A DNA stretch of 64,000 nucleotides, taken from IMG/VR virus record IMGVR_UViG_3300046837_000396, positions 1 through 64,000 of that record; one strand, given 5' to 3'. Below are positions 17,481 to 25,737 of this stretch, in pieces. The translations under genes were made by a program, and so were the position numbers. Below the pieces are notes generated by a model. The model saw only the letters and a list, made by a program, of their open reading frames with translations. It ran no database searches and had not been told where the DNA came from. This DNA is from a virus (taxonomy: Duplodnaviria > Caudoviricetes). Each line of letters starts with the position of its first letter. The stretch's first letter is position 1.

Positions 17481-17840
17481 TTACTTCTTCGGACCGAACA
17501 GGGCAGCGTCGATATCGCGGAGCGTCCTGATGGCGGGTGATTCGGTGCTCACGTACAGGCCGGGGGCCACTTGAGTAGTGCGGGCGAACCGGTCGATGCG
17601 CGCCAGATAGGTCCGGATCACCAAGAGGGCTCGGCGGCAGCCGGTCGAGAGTTCCCGGATTCGGGCGGCCTGGCGGGCGATGATCTGGTCTTGGGCGGTC
17701 GTGAGGTTCTGGAGGTCCCGGAACTTCGCGTCGATCAAGCGGTTCTCCCGCTGGAGTCGGTCCCGGTCGGCTTCGAGGAATCCCGAGCGGGCGCGTTCGT
17801 CGAGTAGTTCGTTAGCTAGTTCCGCGCCGCGAATGGTCAT
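17481..17840 (-). CDS. coiled-coil hypothetical protein
   Basis: ATGA coupling. Confidence 0.6.
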   Translation of the reverse strand: MTIRGAELANELLDERARSGFLEADRDRLQRENRLIDAKFRDLQNLTTAQDQIIARQAARIRELSTGCRRALLVIRTYLARIDRFARTTQVAPGLYVSTESPAIRTLRDIDAALFGPKK

Positions 17841-18118
17841 GCGGGATCCCTCCGGTATCGGGTGACGCGGCAGCCCGGGACGAGGCGCGCGACCGTAAGA
17901 GCGCCGTCGGGACCGGTGTCGCGCTCGTAGCAGCCGAGGAGCTTCCCCTCGTGATGGATCGCCCATAAGAACTCGTTCTTGTCTTCCCGTTTCGGAACGA
18001 CGTGACACCTGCAACCGCATGGAGTTCGGGCGCGGGAGATATAACTTTTGCCGTGAAAAACGATCGCGCAGTGACGGTTGTCGCGACAGATTGGGCAGAT
18101 AGGAGGTTGGGTACTCAT
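17837..18118 (-). CDS. Cys-rich hypothetical protein
   Basis: CPIC...CGCRCH. Confidence 0.55.
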   Translation of the reverse strand: MSTQPPICPICRDNRHCAIVFHGKSYISRARTPCGCRCHVVPKREDKNEFLWAIHHEGKLLGCYERDTGPDGALTVARLVPGCRVTRYRRDPA

Positions 18119-18420
18119 CGGGCCAGCTGATCCTCTACTGCGCTCCGGACCCGATCCCGAAGCCGTGCCGCGACCCCGACCGCTAGCCCCGGGGCGTCAA
18201 GAGTGGCGCCGTCGGCATCAACTTCCCGTACGAACTCGAAGTGCGTGCTGGTGGCGAACTTCCCGCCGTGCCGAACCGTCAGGCTCGCGGTCAACAACCA
18301 CCCCGGCGAGCATCCTGCTTCCCGGGGGGCCGGTCGGATCCCGACCCCGAGGCCCTCTGCCTGTAGGGCGTCGGCCGCGAGACCCGCAACGACGAGCGAC
18401 CTATGGGCGAACCCGCTCAT
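18115..18420 (-). CDS. hypothetical protein
   Basis: Coupled ORF. Confidence 0.55.
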   Translation of the reverse strand: MSGFAHRSLVVAGLAADALQAEGLGVGIRPAPREAGCSPGWLLTASLTVRHGGKFATSTHFEFVREVDADGATLDAPGLAVGVAARLRDRVRSAVEDQLAR

Positions 18421-18689
18421 GCAGAATGGTCTCCGGCCGGATCACCCCCAAGCTCGCTGTCTTCGGCTCCGTTGTTCGGATCCGGATCCGGAACTTCTGA
18501 CCGGCCATAATCGCACCGTTGGATCTTCCCCGGAAGGACATTTGGACCACTGATGATCTGGAAGTACTCCAACGGGCAAAGGTGCCGGTAGTGCTGCTCC
18601 GCGAAGGTCTCGAGAGCGGCATCCCGATCGAACGGGTGATCCGGTAGCGCGACGGAGCGGCCGAGACACCCGGGGCAATAGATCACCAT
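18417..18689 (-). CDS. hypothetical protein
   Basis: GGAGG SD. Confidence 0.55.
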   Translation of the reverse strand: MVIYCPGCLGRSVALPDHPFDRDAALETFAEQHYRHLCPLEYFQIISGPNVLPGKIQRCDYGRSEVPDPDPNNGAEDSELGGDPAGDHSA

Positions 18690-18690
18690 C

Positions 18691-18945
18691 CTATACCTCC
18701 TGACCGCGCCGCGCGGCGCGGTGGATAAGGGTCGCGACTACGGCCTTCCGCGCGGCCGACCGGGTAGGAGCGGCGATCAAGAGGAGCGGGCGGGAGCCGT
18801 CCGGCATGATGGGGCGGCACGCGACCGCCTCGAGCAGCCGCTGCGGCACCATCGCGTCAGGGTCCGAGGTAAAGTGGCCGTACTGGAAGCGCGGTAGGCC
18901 GGCCTTCCGCATGATTCTTCTGTGGCGACGTCGACGGGGGTTCAT
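18691..18945 (-). CDS. hypothetical protein (leaderless)
   Basis: GCGCCATC 7 nt upstream. Confidence 0.5.
   Translation of the reverse strand: MNPRRRRHRRIMRKAGLPRFQYGHFTSDPDAMVPQRLLEAVACRPIMPDGSRPLLLIAAPTRSAARKAVVATLIHRAARRGQEV
18703..18722. repeat. GC palindrome, copy 4
   Basis: 20/20; read as HRAARRG. Confidence 0.95.
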
Positions 18946-19775
18946 AGGTTCGGATGGCGCACCAGGATCTCGCGGGCCGGTTCCCGCTTGGTTCCGGATG
19001 CGGCGATCGAACGCCGGGCCACGATTGGGTCGATCCGGTAGCGCCGGTAAAGGTGGCGGGCCTCGGGGGTATCGGAGTTCGACAACAGGACGGTCGCGCC
19101 GGCGCGCGCGCAGCGGTCGAAGGTCGCGGCGAGTTCTTCTTGGTCGGCGGGCCCGAACCCATCGGGGCAGAACCCGACGTAGTTGGCGGTCGCGGAAGTC
19201 GGCACGTAGGGTGGATCCAGGTACACGAGGTCCCCGGGCCCGACCTGCTTGAGGGTTTCGGCGTAGTGTTGATTCGTAATCGACACGCCCTGGAGCGCTT
19301 TTGAGACCTCCCGGAGGTTCGGCGCGTCGACGATGCTGGGTGTCTTTTGCTTCCCGTACGGGACGTTGAACTGGCCCTTTTGGTTCACCCGATAGAGCCC
19401 GTTGAAGCAGAGCCGGTTCAGGTAGATGGTTCGGGCCGCGCGATCCGCGACCGTCATACCGGCAGTCGCGACGTCGATCGCCCTGACGTGTTCATACTCG
19501 ACCCGCGAGGTCTTGAACGAAAGCAGCCGGAGCGACACGACGAGTTCGTCGACGTGATCCCGGATCGCGACCCAGCAGTCCGCGACGTCAGAATTCAGGT
19601 CACCGAGGAAGGTCCTCCCACCGATTCGGTCGCCCGGTGAGAGCGCGAGAAAGACGGCACCACCTCCGAGGAACGGCTCGTAGTAGTCCCGATACCCGGG
19701 CGAGAACCGAGCGAGGATCTCGGGCACTAGTGCCCGCTTTCCGCCGGCCCACTTTAGGAACGGATGGGGAACCAA
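18942..19775 (-). CDS. dam: Dam-family DNA adenine methyltransferase
   Basis: FLKWAGGK, EPFLGGGAVF, FNGLYRVN, DPPY. Confidence 0.93.
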   Translation of the reverse strand: MVPHPFLKWAGGKRALVPEILARFSPGYRDYYEPFLGGGAVFLALSPGDRIGGRTFLGDLNSDVADCWVAIRDHVDELVVSLRLLSFKTSRVEYEHVRAIDVATAGMTVADRAARTIYLNRLCFNGLYRVNQKGQFNVPYGKQKTPSIVDAPNLREVSKALQGVSITNQHYAETLKQVGPGDLVYLDPPYVPTSATANYVGFCPDGFGPADQEELAATFDRCARAGATVLLSNSDTPEARHLYRRYRIDPIVARRSIAASGTKREPAREILVRHPNL

Positions 19776-20546
19776 TTACGAATCCGTCTTCAGTGCGGCG
19801 CGGATCAACGTTCGCGTCGGTGCATCATCACCAAATCCAGATTCGGATAGTCTTTCATCCGCAACCAATAGAGCCTCCGTCAGCTCTCGCACCCGTGCTT
19901 CGGCGGCTTCGGCGCGCTCTGACGCGTTTAGGTACATCCGACACAAGTCGGCAGGTCGGTGCAGATTAGCGATTCGCTGCACGTCGGCGTCACTCAACAC
20001 CGCCCCATCGGCCGCATCCTGAGACCCGACAGCGCCGATCGGCCTGGTCTTCCTCCCCGCCTCCGCTTTCGCCTTCAGCGCATCAACGATTACTTCGTCG
20101 CTGGGGTCGACAGGTGGGACAGCGGCGCACTTTGGTCCGGCAAAGCAACCAATCTTCCCGCAATAGCCGCAGATGCGATTGTCGGCGCGCGATTCATTGC
20201 GGGCGCGTAAACCATCGAGGCACTTCGTGTGAATCCCATACCAGGCAGTCGTGCCGCGCACGCGCAATCGGAACTCGCTATCGCACGCCGTTCGGTAGCA
20301 AGCGACACAGGTGAGTTCTGGATCGGTCGTCTCCATTAGATCGAACGTGATTGTCGGTCGATCGGCGCGCGTGGCTTTCACGTAGCGAACATGAGCGTCG
20401 TTGCCGATAGATTCGTACTGCTGCGTACTGTCAAGCGAATCCCATACATTATAGAGCGTACCTTTTCGGTACGTTACCCATACTTCATCCAGCGCCGCCT
20501 GCTCCGGAGTGGCTTCTAGAGACACGCGAGGTTTTCGATCTCCCAT
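19776..20546 (-). CDS. hypothetical protein, lower GC
   Basis: MGDRKPR start with GGAGG SD; Cys motifs. Confidence 0.6.
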   Translation of the reverse strand: MGDRKPRVSLEATPEQAALDEVWVTYRKGTLYNVWDSLDSTQQYESIGNDAHVRYVKATRADRPTITFDLMETTDPELTCVACYRTACDSEFRLRVRGTTAWYGIHTKCLDGLRARNESRADNRICGYCGKIGCFAGPKCAAVPPVDPSDEVIVDALKAKAEAGRKTRPIGAVGSQDAADGAVLSDADVQRIANLHRPADLCRMYLNASERAEAAEARVRELTEALLVADERLSESGFGDDAPTRTLIRAALKTDS

Positions 20547-20953
20547 AGGGCCCTCCAGTAGAGTGCGGCCCGCTCGTGGGCCTCCCGCCAATGGCGTACC
20601 GCTCCGATGTAGCGGCCGAACGATAGGGTTGGGTGCGCCCAGTCGAGGCGCGCGACGTAGCGGTCCCGGGCCGCCTTGGCCTGCCGGTAGAGGGGTCCGC
20701 ACTGCGCGGCTCTCCCGTTCCGGTCCGAGAGCCCAAACGCCCCCATGCCGCCAAGGCCCGCGACCCGGCAATCCTCGACCTCGCGGCGAAACGTCGACTC
20801 GCGGGCCGCGATCACGACGAGCGCGGCCGCCTCTTCGGTCGATTCCGCGACTGCCGCGATCGCGCACGCGTACCGCTCCGCTTGGCCCTCGGGGGCCCGC
20901 ATGGGGGCCGGGAGCGCCAGGATCGCGAGCAGGACTGCCTCGGCCGTAACCAT
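20516..20953 (-). CDS. putative lysozyme-fold protein with N-terminal hydrophobic segment
   Basis: LVVIAARESTF (helix-Glu-Ser) then GxxGxFGL. Confidence 0.5.
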   Translation of the reverse strand: MVTAEAVLLAILALPAPMRAPEGQAERYACAIAAVAESTEEAAALVVIAARESTFRREVEDCRVAGLGGMGAFGLSDRNGRAAQCGPLYRQAKAARDRYVARLDWAHPTLSFGRYIGAVRHWREAHERAALYWRALWEIENLACL

Positions 20954-21318
20954 CAGGGGTGACCGAACGGGATCCCGCGGATGATCCGGCAAGTCCCGCA
21001 GGCCCAGCTCCCGTTGAGATTCGCCGAATCCCGATAGTGGTTATCGCACCCGCAGAAGCAACATGCCGCGAGGTGTTCGATTACGTCGATTCTCGATAGC
21101 GGTACGAACAAGAAGTCGATGTCGCTAAACATGCCCTTCAGGGCAGTCTGAAGTTGCTCGCGGCTCCGATGCCCTACTCCTCCCGAGACCATCCATCGAT
21201 CCGGGAGCCCTACCCGGTACGTGAGCGGATACGCTTCCAGTACGATCTCCGCCTTCGCTTCCGGGATCTCGAACCCCTTCAGGAACTCTTCGATCTCGTC
21301 CGAGAACGCGCCCCTCAT
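20953..21318 (-). CDS. hypothetical protein
   Basis: GGAGG SD; C-terminal Zn motif. Confidence 0.6.
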   Translation of the reverse strand: MRGAFSDEIEEFLKGFEIPEAKAEIVLEAYPLTYRVGLPDRWMVSGGVGHRSREQLQTALKGMFSDIDFLFVPLSRIDVIEHLAACCFCGCDNHYRDSANLNGSWACGTCRIIRGIPFGHP

Positions 21319-21623
21319 CAGAACCTCCCCTTGTAGGGCGCGACGTCGAACGGTACCTGTTTTCGACCCCGTCGGGGTTTCGTAACGAATAGGAGCCGCC
21401 CGAGCTCGGGACGCTCGTACCGGACGCTGGCGCTTCTGCCCGCCCACAGAACCGTGAACCAACCCGCGCAGGTCGCGTACGTGACGTGGCCGATCTCGCC
21501 CCGCGGGACCGTCCCGTACGAGGCTCGTGCGCTTCCGTCCTGCGGCACGACCGCACTAAAGGTCTCGTGGTCGATCTTCGCCTCAACCTCGTCGTCGAGT
21601 TCGGGGGTCGGGTACGAGCACAT
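21318..21623 (-). CDS. hypothetical protein
   Basis: TAATG coupling. Confidence 0.55.
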   Translation of the reverse strand: MCSYPTPELDDEVEAKIDHETFSAVVPQDGSARASYGTVPRGEIGHVTYATCAGWFTVLWAGRSASVRYERPELGRLLFVTKPRRGRKQVPFDVAPYKGRF

Positions 21624-21907
21624 TAGGCTTTCCCGGCCAGCATCAGGTTCCGGGCAGCGCGCGCTTCGCGCTTCTGAGCCGCGAGTTCCTTCGCGCGCGC
21701 GACCTGTTCGGGAGTTTGGTCCCACCCGCGCGGTGGATACCGGACGCTTCTGCCCCGGAGCCCGAACCCGGCCGGGAGGCGAAGTCGCGCCGGCGCGCGG
21801 CCGTCCGCGGTCCGGAACCGCTCCTGAATCCCGTTGTAGGCGGTCGCCATCGCGGCCGCGATCAAGGCCTTCATCGCCGAAAACTTACCTGCCGCCGTCT
21901 TCGCCAC
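21623..21907 (-). CDS. hypothetical protein
   Basis: GTG with GAGGAGG SD. Confidence 0.55.
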   Translation of the reverse strand: MAKTAAGKFSAMKALIAAAMATAYNGIQERFRTADGRAPARLRLPAGFGLRGRSVRYPPRGWDQTPEQVARAKELAAQKREARAARNLMLAGKA

Positions 21908-22118
21908 GTTTCCTCCTCTGGATGCTGATGCCTTCTGGGCCGCAACAGTAGCCCTCCGGACATAGCGCCCCGGGGGCACCGCAGTCATCACGCGGTGGGC
22001 ACCGCCAGCCGGGTGCGCACGGGATTGGGGCATCCGGGTCGGGGTCCAGCGCCTGCACCGCGCCGCGCGGCGCGGTGCAGGACCAGAAGAGCAGCGCGAT
22101 TACGTAGCGGGCCCTCAT
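21885..22118 (-). CDS. small Cys-rich putative lipoprotein
   Basis: MRARYVIALLFWSC signal-like N-terminus. Confidence 0.5.
   Translation of the reverse strand: MRARYVIALLFWSCTAPRGAVQALDPDPDAPIPCAPGWRCPPRDDCGAPGALCPEGYCCGPEGISIQRRKRGEDGGR
22057..22076. repeat. GC palindrome, copy 5
   Basis: 20/20; extends to a perfect 30 bp (22052-22081). Confidence 0.95.
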
Positions 22119-22750
22119 GGGTTCGCCTTCCGAGCAGCCGCGCGACGGCCCGCGAGCTCCTTCGTGACCCGGCGGTGGCACGGCAGACAGAGTGTCCGGA
22201 GTCCATCGATCCCGACTCCGCCACCGCCCTCGCAGACCGGCACGATATGGTCGGCCTCCCAGAGATGCTGACCCCGGTAGGGTTTCGAAAGTCCTATAGC
22301 CCGGCAGAGGCGAAGGAACGGGGCAAACTCGAGCGGTGTAGAGGTCGGGCGTCCAAACCGCTCCGCCTCCTCCTGCACGTACCTCATGTCGAACTTTTCA
22401 CGCCAGCATCTATCGAGCGTGTAGTGGAGTGCGTCTGCCGTCCTCGTCTTCAGCATTCCCCGCTCCCGCAGGTAGTGCTCGTTCAGAACCTCCAGCATCC
22501 CGCCGAGTCGACTTTCGAGTTGGTGGCAGTCGCGGCGACAGTTCGGAATCGCGCAGACCCCGCGGTCGCGCTCGAATACCTTCCGCCGCGCATGCCCCGG
22601 GTTCCGTTTCTCCTGCCACTTACCTACGCATTCGGACGAACAGAACGTCCTGCGGGGCGGCGTGACCTCGACCCCGCATTCGCGGCAACAGAACCGACCG
22701 CCGACGCCGCGGACCAACCGGCCCATCGGCGGAATCCTGCTGGTCCCCAT
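22115..22750 (-). CDS. HNH endonuclease
   Basis: RRKVFERDRGVC...WEADHIVPVCEGGG...LRTLCLPCH. Confidence 0.9.
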   Translation of the reverse strand: MGTSRIPPMGRLVRGVGGRFCCRECGVEVTPPRRTFCSSECVGKWQEKRNPGHARRKVFERDRGVCAIPNCRRDCHQLESRLGGMLEVLNEHYLRERGMLKTRTADALHYTLDRCWREKFDMRYVQEEAERFGRPTSTPLEFAPFLRLCRAIGLSKPYRGQHLWEADHIVPVCEGGGGVGIDGLRTLCLPCHRRVTKELAGRRAAARKANP

Positions 22751-22752
22751 CG

Positions 22753-23466
22753 CTAGAGGGTCGAGGGGGTCGAGAGATTCTTAAGATCCTGTGAGTTTTC
22801 TTTTTCGTCGAATTCCTTCAACGCTCGAAAAAGAACGGCCGGGAATCGAATATCTTCGATGTTCTTCGGGTTCGGACGCGGAGCTCCGCGTTGGAATACG
22901 TCGCGGAACCACTTCGCCATCTCGATCGATTCCTCGACGTCCGGCATCGCGCGGTGTTCGGGCTCCTCGCGCCGCTCCGGTACCTCACCAACCCAAGCCC
23001 GATAGAACAGCTTAAGGGCCGATACGTCCGCGTGACGATGATGGAGCATCTGGAGAACCGAGCGGCAGCCCCACCGCTTCAGATGATTGATGTCGGTGTG
23101 GACCGAGAACCCCGCGGGGTGGAAGGGCCGGTCGACCGACGGGTCGAACCCACGCCCGATACGAGCACCGGCCACTACCATCTCGTTGAGAAACGAAGTG
23201 AGGGAACCGATCACGTCGAGCACCCGAACCTCACCTGTAGCCGCGAGGTCGTCCAGGAGACCGCTCTTCTGATGCATCTTGACGACGAACCCGTTCACGT
23301 ACTGGTTGTTCTCGAGCGGAATCAACCAGCTCTTACGCCCGAGCTCCTGAAGATCCAGAGTCGTGACGCAACACGCGAGCTCGAGTATCTGGCATCGCTC
23401 GGGGTCGAGCCCCGTTGTCTCGACGTCCAACCACAGCAGCAGCCTTACGGGTTCTGTCTCGCTCAT
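22753..23466 (-). CDS. oligoribonuclease-like DEDDh exonuclease
   Basis: LWLDVETTGLDP, MHQKSGLL, DVSALK, HRAMPDVEESI. Confidence 0.88.
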   Translation of the reverse strand: MSETEPVRLLLWLDVETTGLDPERCQILELACCVTTLDLQELGRKSWLIPLENNQYVNGFVVKMHQKSGLLDDLAATGEVRVLDVIGSLTSFLNEMVVAGARIGRGFDPSVDRPFHPAGFSVHTDINHLKRWGCRSVLQMLHHRHADVSALKLFYRAWVGEVPERREEPEHRAMPDVEESIEMAKWFRDVFQRGAPRPNPKNIEDIRFPAVLFRALKEFDEKENSQDLKNLSTPSTL

Positions 23467-24428
23467 ACGTCCACCGAGTCCTCATTGCGGGAGCGGAAGT
23501 ATTCGCGGAAGTCGTTCCGCATCCTCTCGCCCCGGTCCGTAAAGCGGATGACGCCCTGCCAGTCCCGCTTGATGTCTTGGTCGGGGTCGTAGGCGTGCCG
23601 CTTCAGGATCTCCCATCGACTCCCGTAGCGACGGTGAACTTTGCTCCCGTGCCAGCCGTGCACGATCGTTCCCGGCACGTACCCGACGTTCCGTCGGATG
23701 TGGGTTTCGGCTCGGGTCTCCCAGGCGTCGAGATGCCGAACGTACCCGGGGGACGAGAACGGGCGCCCGTCGGTGCCGCGCCAGTACTCGTGGACGTCTC
23801 CGATCAGCGCGTGGGCCATGTGGTGGTCGGCCGACCCGAGGATCGCGTGATCCATCAGACCCCCGAGGGCATCGATCGCCTCGCGGCGCGCACACCAAGC
23901 GTAACCCGGGTGCCAGATTGGATGGAGGTACAGGTTCTTGGCCTGTTCCGAGTACGGGCGCGGCTTGTTGTTTATCCAGGACCAAACGAACCCATCGATC
24001 GTCTGGGAGTGCTCGCCGTGCGGACCGAGATCGATCGCGTGGCTAAACATCTGGGCGACCTTGTAGTGCTGAAGCACGTGGGTAGCCTCCTCGACCCAGT
24101 CCCGGCGGGTGAACTGCACGTCGGCATCGATCCACGCTACGTACTGCCAGTTCGACGGAAGGCGCTGGATCCCGATATTGATCAGGTTCTCCTTCGACCA
24201 GAGCTCATCGAACAGCTGAACCCGGTGGACGTGCGGGCCATCGATCTCGGATGGTCGGCCGCCCAAGACACCCTCAACCGTCAGGAGGTTCGCACCGCTC
24301 GCCAGTACGTGAGCTTCGAACTCCCGATAGAGTTCGTACCGGCTCCGGTACCGTTGCGGGTTCGTGAGCGCGCACACGACCCAAAAGTTCCTCTGTGACT
24401 CGATCGGCCTATGCCGGAAGCTGTACAT
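23463..24428 (-). CDS. GT-A fold glycosyltransferase-like protein
   Basis: WSKENLINIG, VAWIDADV (DxD), HPGYAW, GSAD, HGWHG. Confidence 0.75.
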   Translation of the reverse strand: MYSFRHRPIESQRNFWVVCALTNPQRYRSRYELYREFEAHVLASGANLLTVEGVLGGRPSEIDGPHVHRVQLFDELWSKENLINIGIQRLPSNWQYVAWIDADVQFTRRDWVEEATHVLQHYKVAQMFSHAIDLGPHGEHSQTIDGFVWSWINNKPRPYSEQAKNLYLHPIWHPGYAWCARREAIDALGGLMDHAILGSADHHMAHALIGDVHEYWRGTDGRPFSSPGYVRHLDAWETRAETHIRRNVGYVPGTIVHGWHGSKVHRRYGSRWEILKRHAYDPDQDIKRDWQGVIRFTDRGERMRNDFREYFRSRNEDSVDV

Positions 24429-24461
24429 GGTTTTCCCTCGTCCGCCCTGACGGGCCGCAAA

Positions 24462-24929
24462 CTATCTGGCACCGATCGTCATCTCGAGCGAGACGCCGCG
24501 CGGCATCCGGTATCGGAGCTCGGTCCGGACGGTACTGAAGAGCTGATACGGAACCCCGGCCATTGGTGAGATATCGACGACGAGATCGGTCCGGTATCCG
24601 AGTAGACCTGATTCGAGTTCCTGAATCTTCACGTCGCGATCCAATACGCGAAGCGATAGACGAACGAAGTCGCGAACCCGCGCCGGCGAGATCGTGTTGC
24701 CCGTCTCGTCGAACGCATCGAGGACCTGCTCCCGCAGGAGCGCATCCCACTCGCAGTCCTCGACCCCATGCCAGCGCGCGAGGTCGCGGAGTTCCCGCGA
24801 AAGAATTCTGGCTCGGGCCCACGCGCGGGCCCGCGGGATGAGGCGCCAGGCCCCGATGAGGGCGAGCGACCACGGAAACACCAACGCGGTCGCGATCGTC
24901 GCGATCACGATCCTGACGACGGCCATCAC
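24462..24929 (-). CDS. membrane-anchored hypothetical protein
   Basis: N-terminal TM segment. Confidence 0.55.
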   Translation of the reverse strand: MMAVVRIVIATIATALVFPWSLALIGAWRLIPRARAWARARILSRELRDLARWHGVEDCEWDALLREQVLDAFDETGNTISPARVRDFVRLSLRVLDRDVKIQELESGLLGYRTDLVVDISPMAGVPYQLFSTVRTELRYRMPRGVSLEMTIGAR

Positions 24930-25198
24930 GCGTCCCCTATCCAGACGAAACCTCTATCGGTGAGCTCGTCGAGTGCGATCTGGGCCGCGCACTGAATCCG
25001 CCGTGCCGCTCCCGCGACCCGGAGGTCGTGCGCCTCGGGTTCGATTGCTTTCGAGATACGGGCCATTGCGTTCTCGGGCGACGAACCGCAGAACCGCCAT
25101 AGGCTAACGCGCGGTTCGTACGAGAGCGTCGCGACGGCGCGCTTGTCCCCGTTCTCGTCGAACGACTCCACTATCTCGACCCGTACTAGGATCCTCAC
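24926..25198 (-). CDS. hypothetical protein
   Basis: GTGA coupling. Confidence 0.55.
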   Translation of the reverse strand: MRILVRVEIVESFDENGDKRAVATLSYEPRVSLWRFCGSSPENAMARISKAIEPEAHDLRVAGAARRIQCAAQIALDELTDRGFVWIGDA

Positions 25199-25413
25199 AG
25201 CTTCATTCTCCTTCGGTTCTCGATCAGTTCCTTGAGGTCCCGGATCTCCTGCTTCAGTTCCAGATCTGACTCGAACCGCTTCCAATCGAGCTGGTAGCGG
25301 AGCCACGACACGTAGCAGCAGAGGCAGAACAGACAGAAGAGCAGAAACCGGGTGATAAGCCGCAGCTCGCGGGTTTCCCAGTTGTTGGCGTGTTCGTGCT
25401 TGTCTTCCGGCAC
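25195..25413 (-). CDS. small membrane protein (leaderless)
   Basis: One TM segment; GCGCCATC 7 nt upstream of GTG. Confidence 0.55.
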   Translation of the reverse strand: MPEDKHEHANNWETRELRLITRFLLFCLFCLCCYVSWLRYQLDWKRFESDLELKQEIRDLKELIENRRRMKL

Positions 25414-25679
25414 CGCTCTCGATGGCGCGCGACGCCGTTCACGACGGACGCGTTCGTGACCTCAAAGAGGTCGGCGACGAACGGATAGCTGCTGACCTCC
25501 CGGTAAAGGGTCTCCCAGAGCTCGTGCCGAGCCGCCACGTAGGGAGCTTGTTTGCGGCGCCCCAGTACCTCGCGGAGCAGGACGCGGTGGCGTTCCGCTA
25601 TCTCTTGTGCCGCGACGAGGAGCCGGCGGTGACGGAGCTTCGTCTCGATTCGCTGAATCCGCTGAAGGTCGTCGCTCAT
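25254..25679 (-). CDS. DnaA domain IV-like HTH protein
   Basis: EVLGRRKQAPYVAARHELW...SYPFVADLFEVTNASVVNGVAR. Confidence 0.7.
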   Translation of the reverse strand: MSDDLQRIQRIETKLRHRRLLVAAQEIAERHRVLLREVLGRRKQAPYVAARHELWETLYREVSSYPFVADLFEVTNASVVNGVARHRERCRKTSTNTPTTGKPASCGLSPGFCSSVCSASAATCRGSATSSIGSGSSQIWN

Positions 25680-25697
25680 CGTTCGACTTCGTTCCGG

Positions 25698-25717
25698 ACC
25701 GCGCCGCGCGGCGCGGT
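25698..25717. repeat. GC palindrome, copy 6
   Basis: 20/20 (24 with flanks); 18 bp upstream of the HTH gene. Confidence 0.95.
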
Positions 25718-25737
25718 CCTGGTTACCGGGGTTTTCT

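Noticed and set aside
22753-23466. Orn-like nuclease as an anti-CBASS/type III signal-degrading enzyme
   Set aside because: Nothing beyond ordinary Orn motifs supports this, and such genes are common in phages.
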